From positions 4,264-68,263 of the forward strand of contig JANPBJ010000144.1 of the NCBI GenBank assembly GCA_031430375.1: 64,000 nt of DNA. The letters run 5' to 3'. Under the pieces are notes generated by a model. That model was not told where the DNA came from. It saw only the letters and a program-made list of their open reading frames with translations, and searched no databases. Positions 63,390 to 64,000 of this stretch are shown one piece after another. The position numbers and the translations under genes are program-made. Position 1 is the stretch's first letter. Every line of letters starts with the position of its first letter. Source of the stretch: Acidimicrobiia bacterium (GTDB taxonomy: Bacteria > Actinomycetota > Acidimicrobiia > IMCC26256 > JAENVU01).

Positions 63390-64000
63390 TCAGCCCGCGC
63401 CGAGGGCGGAGGTCAAGCCCGCAACGAGCGCATCGCAGATCCGGCTCGCGGTGAGCTCGTCGGCCGCTTCGACCATGACCCGCACCACCGGCTCGGTTCC
63501 CGACGGGCGCACGAGCACCCGGCCCTCTGTGCCCAGCTCTGCCTCCGCAGACCTGACCGCCGCCCAGAAGTCGGTGGCGCCGTCAAGACCGGATCGGTCC
63601 GCCACCCGCACACTCGCGAGGACCTGCGGGTACTTGACGACCACGCTGGCAAGCTCGCGCAGTGACCGGCCCGACCGCACCATTGCGTCGAGGAGCAGGA
63701 TCCCGGTCAACGGGCCATCACCGGTCACCGAATGCTCCAACGCGATCACGTGACCCGACTGTTCGCCGCCAAGCACCAGATCGTGATCTTCCATGGCTGC
63801 GATGACATGGCGATCTCCCACCGGCGTCACCACGACGCCGATCCCGAGCGGCGTGAGTGCACGCGTGAGCCCGAGGTTCGCCATCACCGTGGTCGCGATC
63901 GCATGGTTGCGCAACCGATCACGACCATCGAGGTCGATGGCGAGGATCGCGAGGATGTGATCACCATCGACGATCGCGCCGGAGGCATCGACCGCAACCA
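63390..64000 (-). CDS. glmM: Phosphoglucosamine mutase, 3' part (5' end outside window)
   Basis: Frame open to the window edge. GGEQSGHVI, RPSGTEPVVRVMVEA. Confidence 0.85.
   Translation of the reverse strand, partial: VAVDASGAIVDGDHILAILAIDLDGRDRLRNHAIATTVMANLGLTRALTPLGIGVVVTPVGDRHVIAAMEDHDLVLGGEQSGHVIALEHSVTGDGPLTGILLLDAMVRSGRSLRELASVVVKYPQVLASVRVADRSGLDGATDFWAAVRSAEAELGTEGRVLVRPSGTEPVVRVMVEAADELTASRICDALVAGLTSALGAG

Overview
64-kb stretch of a high-GC Actinomycetota-type chromosome, densely coded, with many 4-nt start/stop overlaps. Most of it is conserved housekeeping synteny. On the minus strand: glmM, a giant glmS-like gene, acpS, nnr, a CBS protein, alr, a hydrolase, udg, tsaE, tsaB, rimI, tsaD and groES (two CIRCE operators and its own terminator). 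Also on the minus strand: guaB3-guaA, pcrA, a B12-domain gene, sucC-sucD, purN-purH-folD, icd and mdh. On the plus strand: a glpD / FAD-oxidase / FGGY-kinase cluster, two paralogous acyl-CoA synthetases and a CoA-transferase. Less ordinary segments sit between these blocks: (1) a nitroreductase-BVMO-BNR propeller-MoaD-like (Gly-Gly) operon; (2) a tandem-cyclase/AAA/TPR signalling protein; (3) an NYN-S1 protein with a histone-H1-like Lys/Pro/Ala tail, coupled to a rhodanese; (4) an operon led by a stand-alone PEP-utilizer phosphohistidine domain followed by unrecognisable proteins, one interrupted by an in-frame TAG; (5) a DUF222/HNH remnant; (6) an orphan HEPN-like gene; (7) a type IV pilus cluster (pilin, pilT, pilC, pilB) directly downstream of groES where groEL is normally found; (8) a 1137-aa GlmS-like protein at the glmS locus. 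No rRNA, tRNA, CRISPR array or intact mobile element was seen. All function calls come from reading motifs in the translations. No database search was possible.
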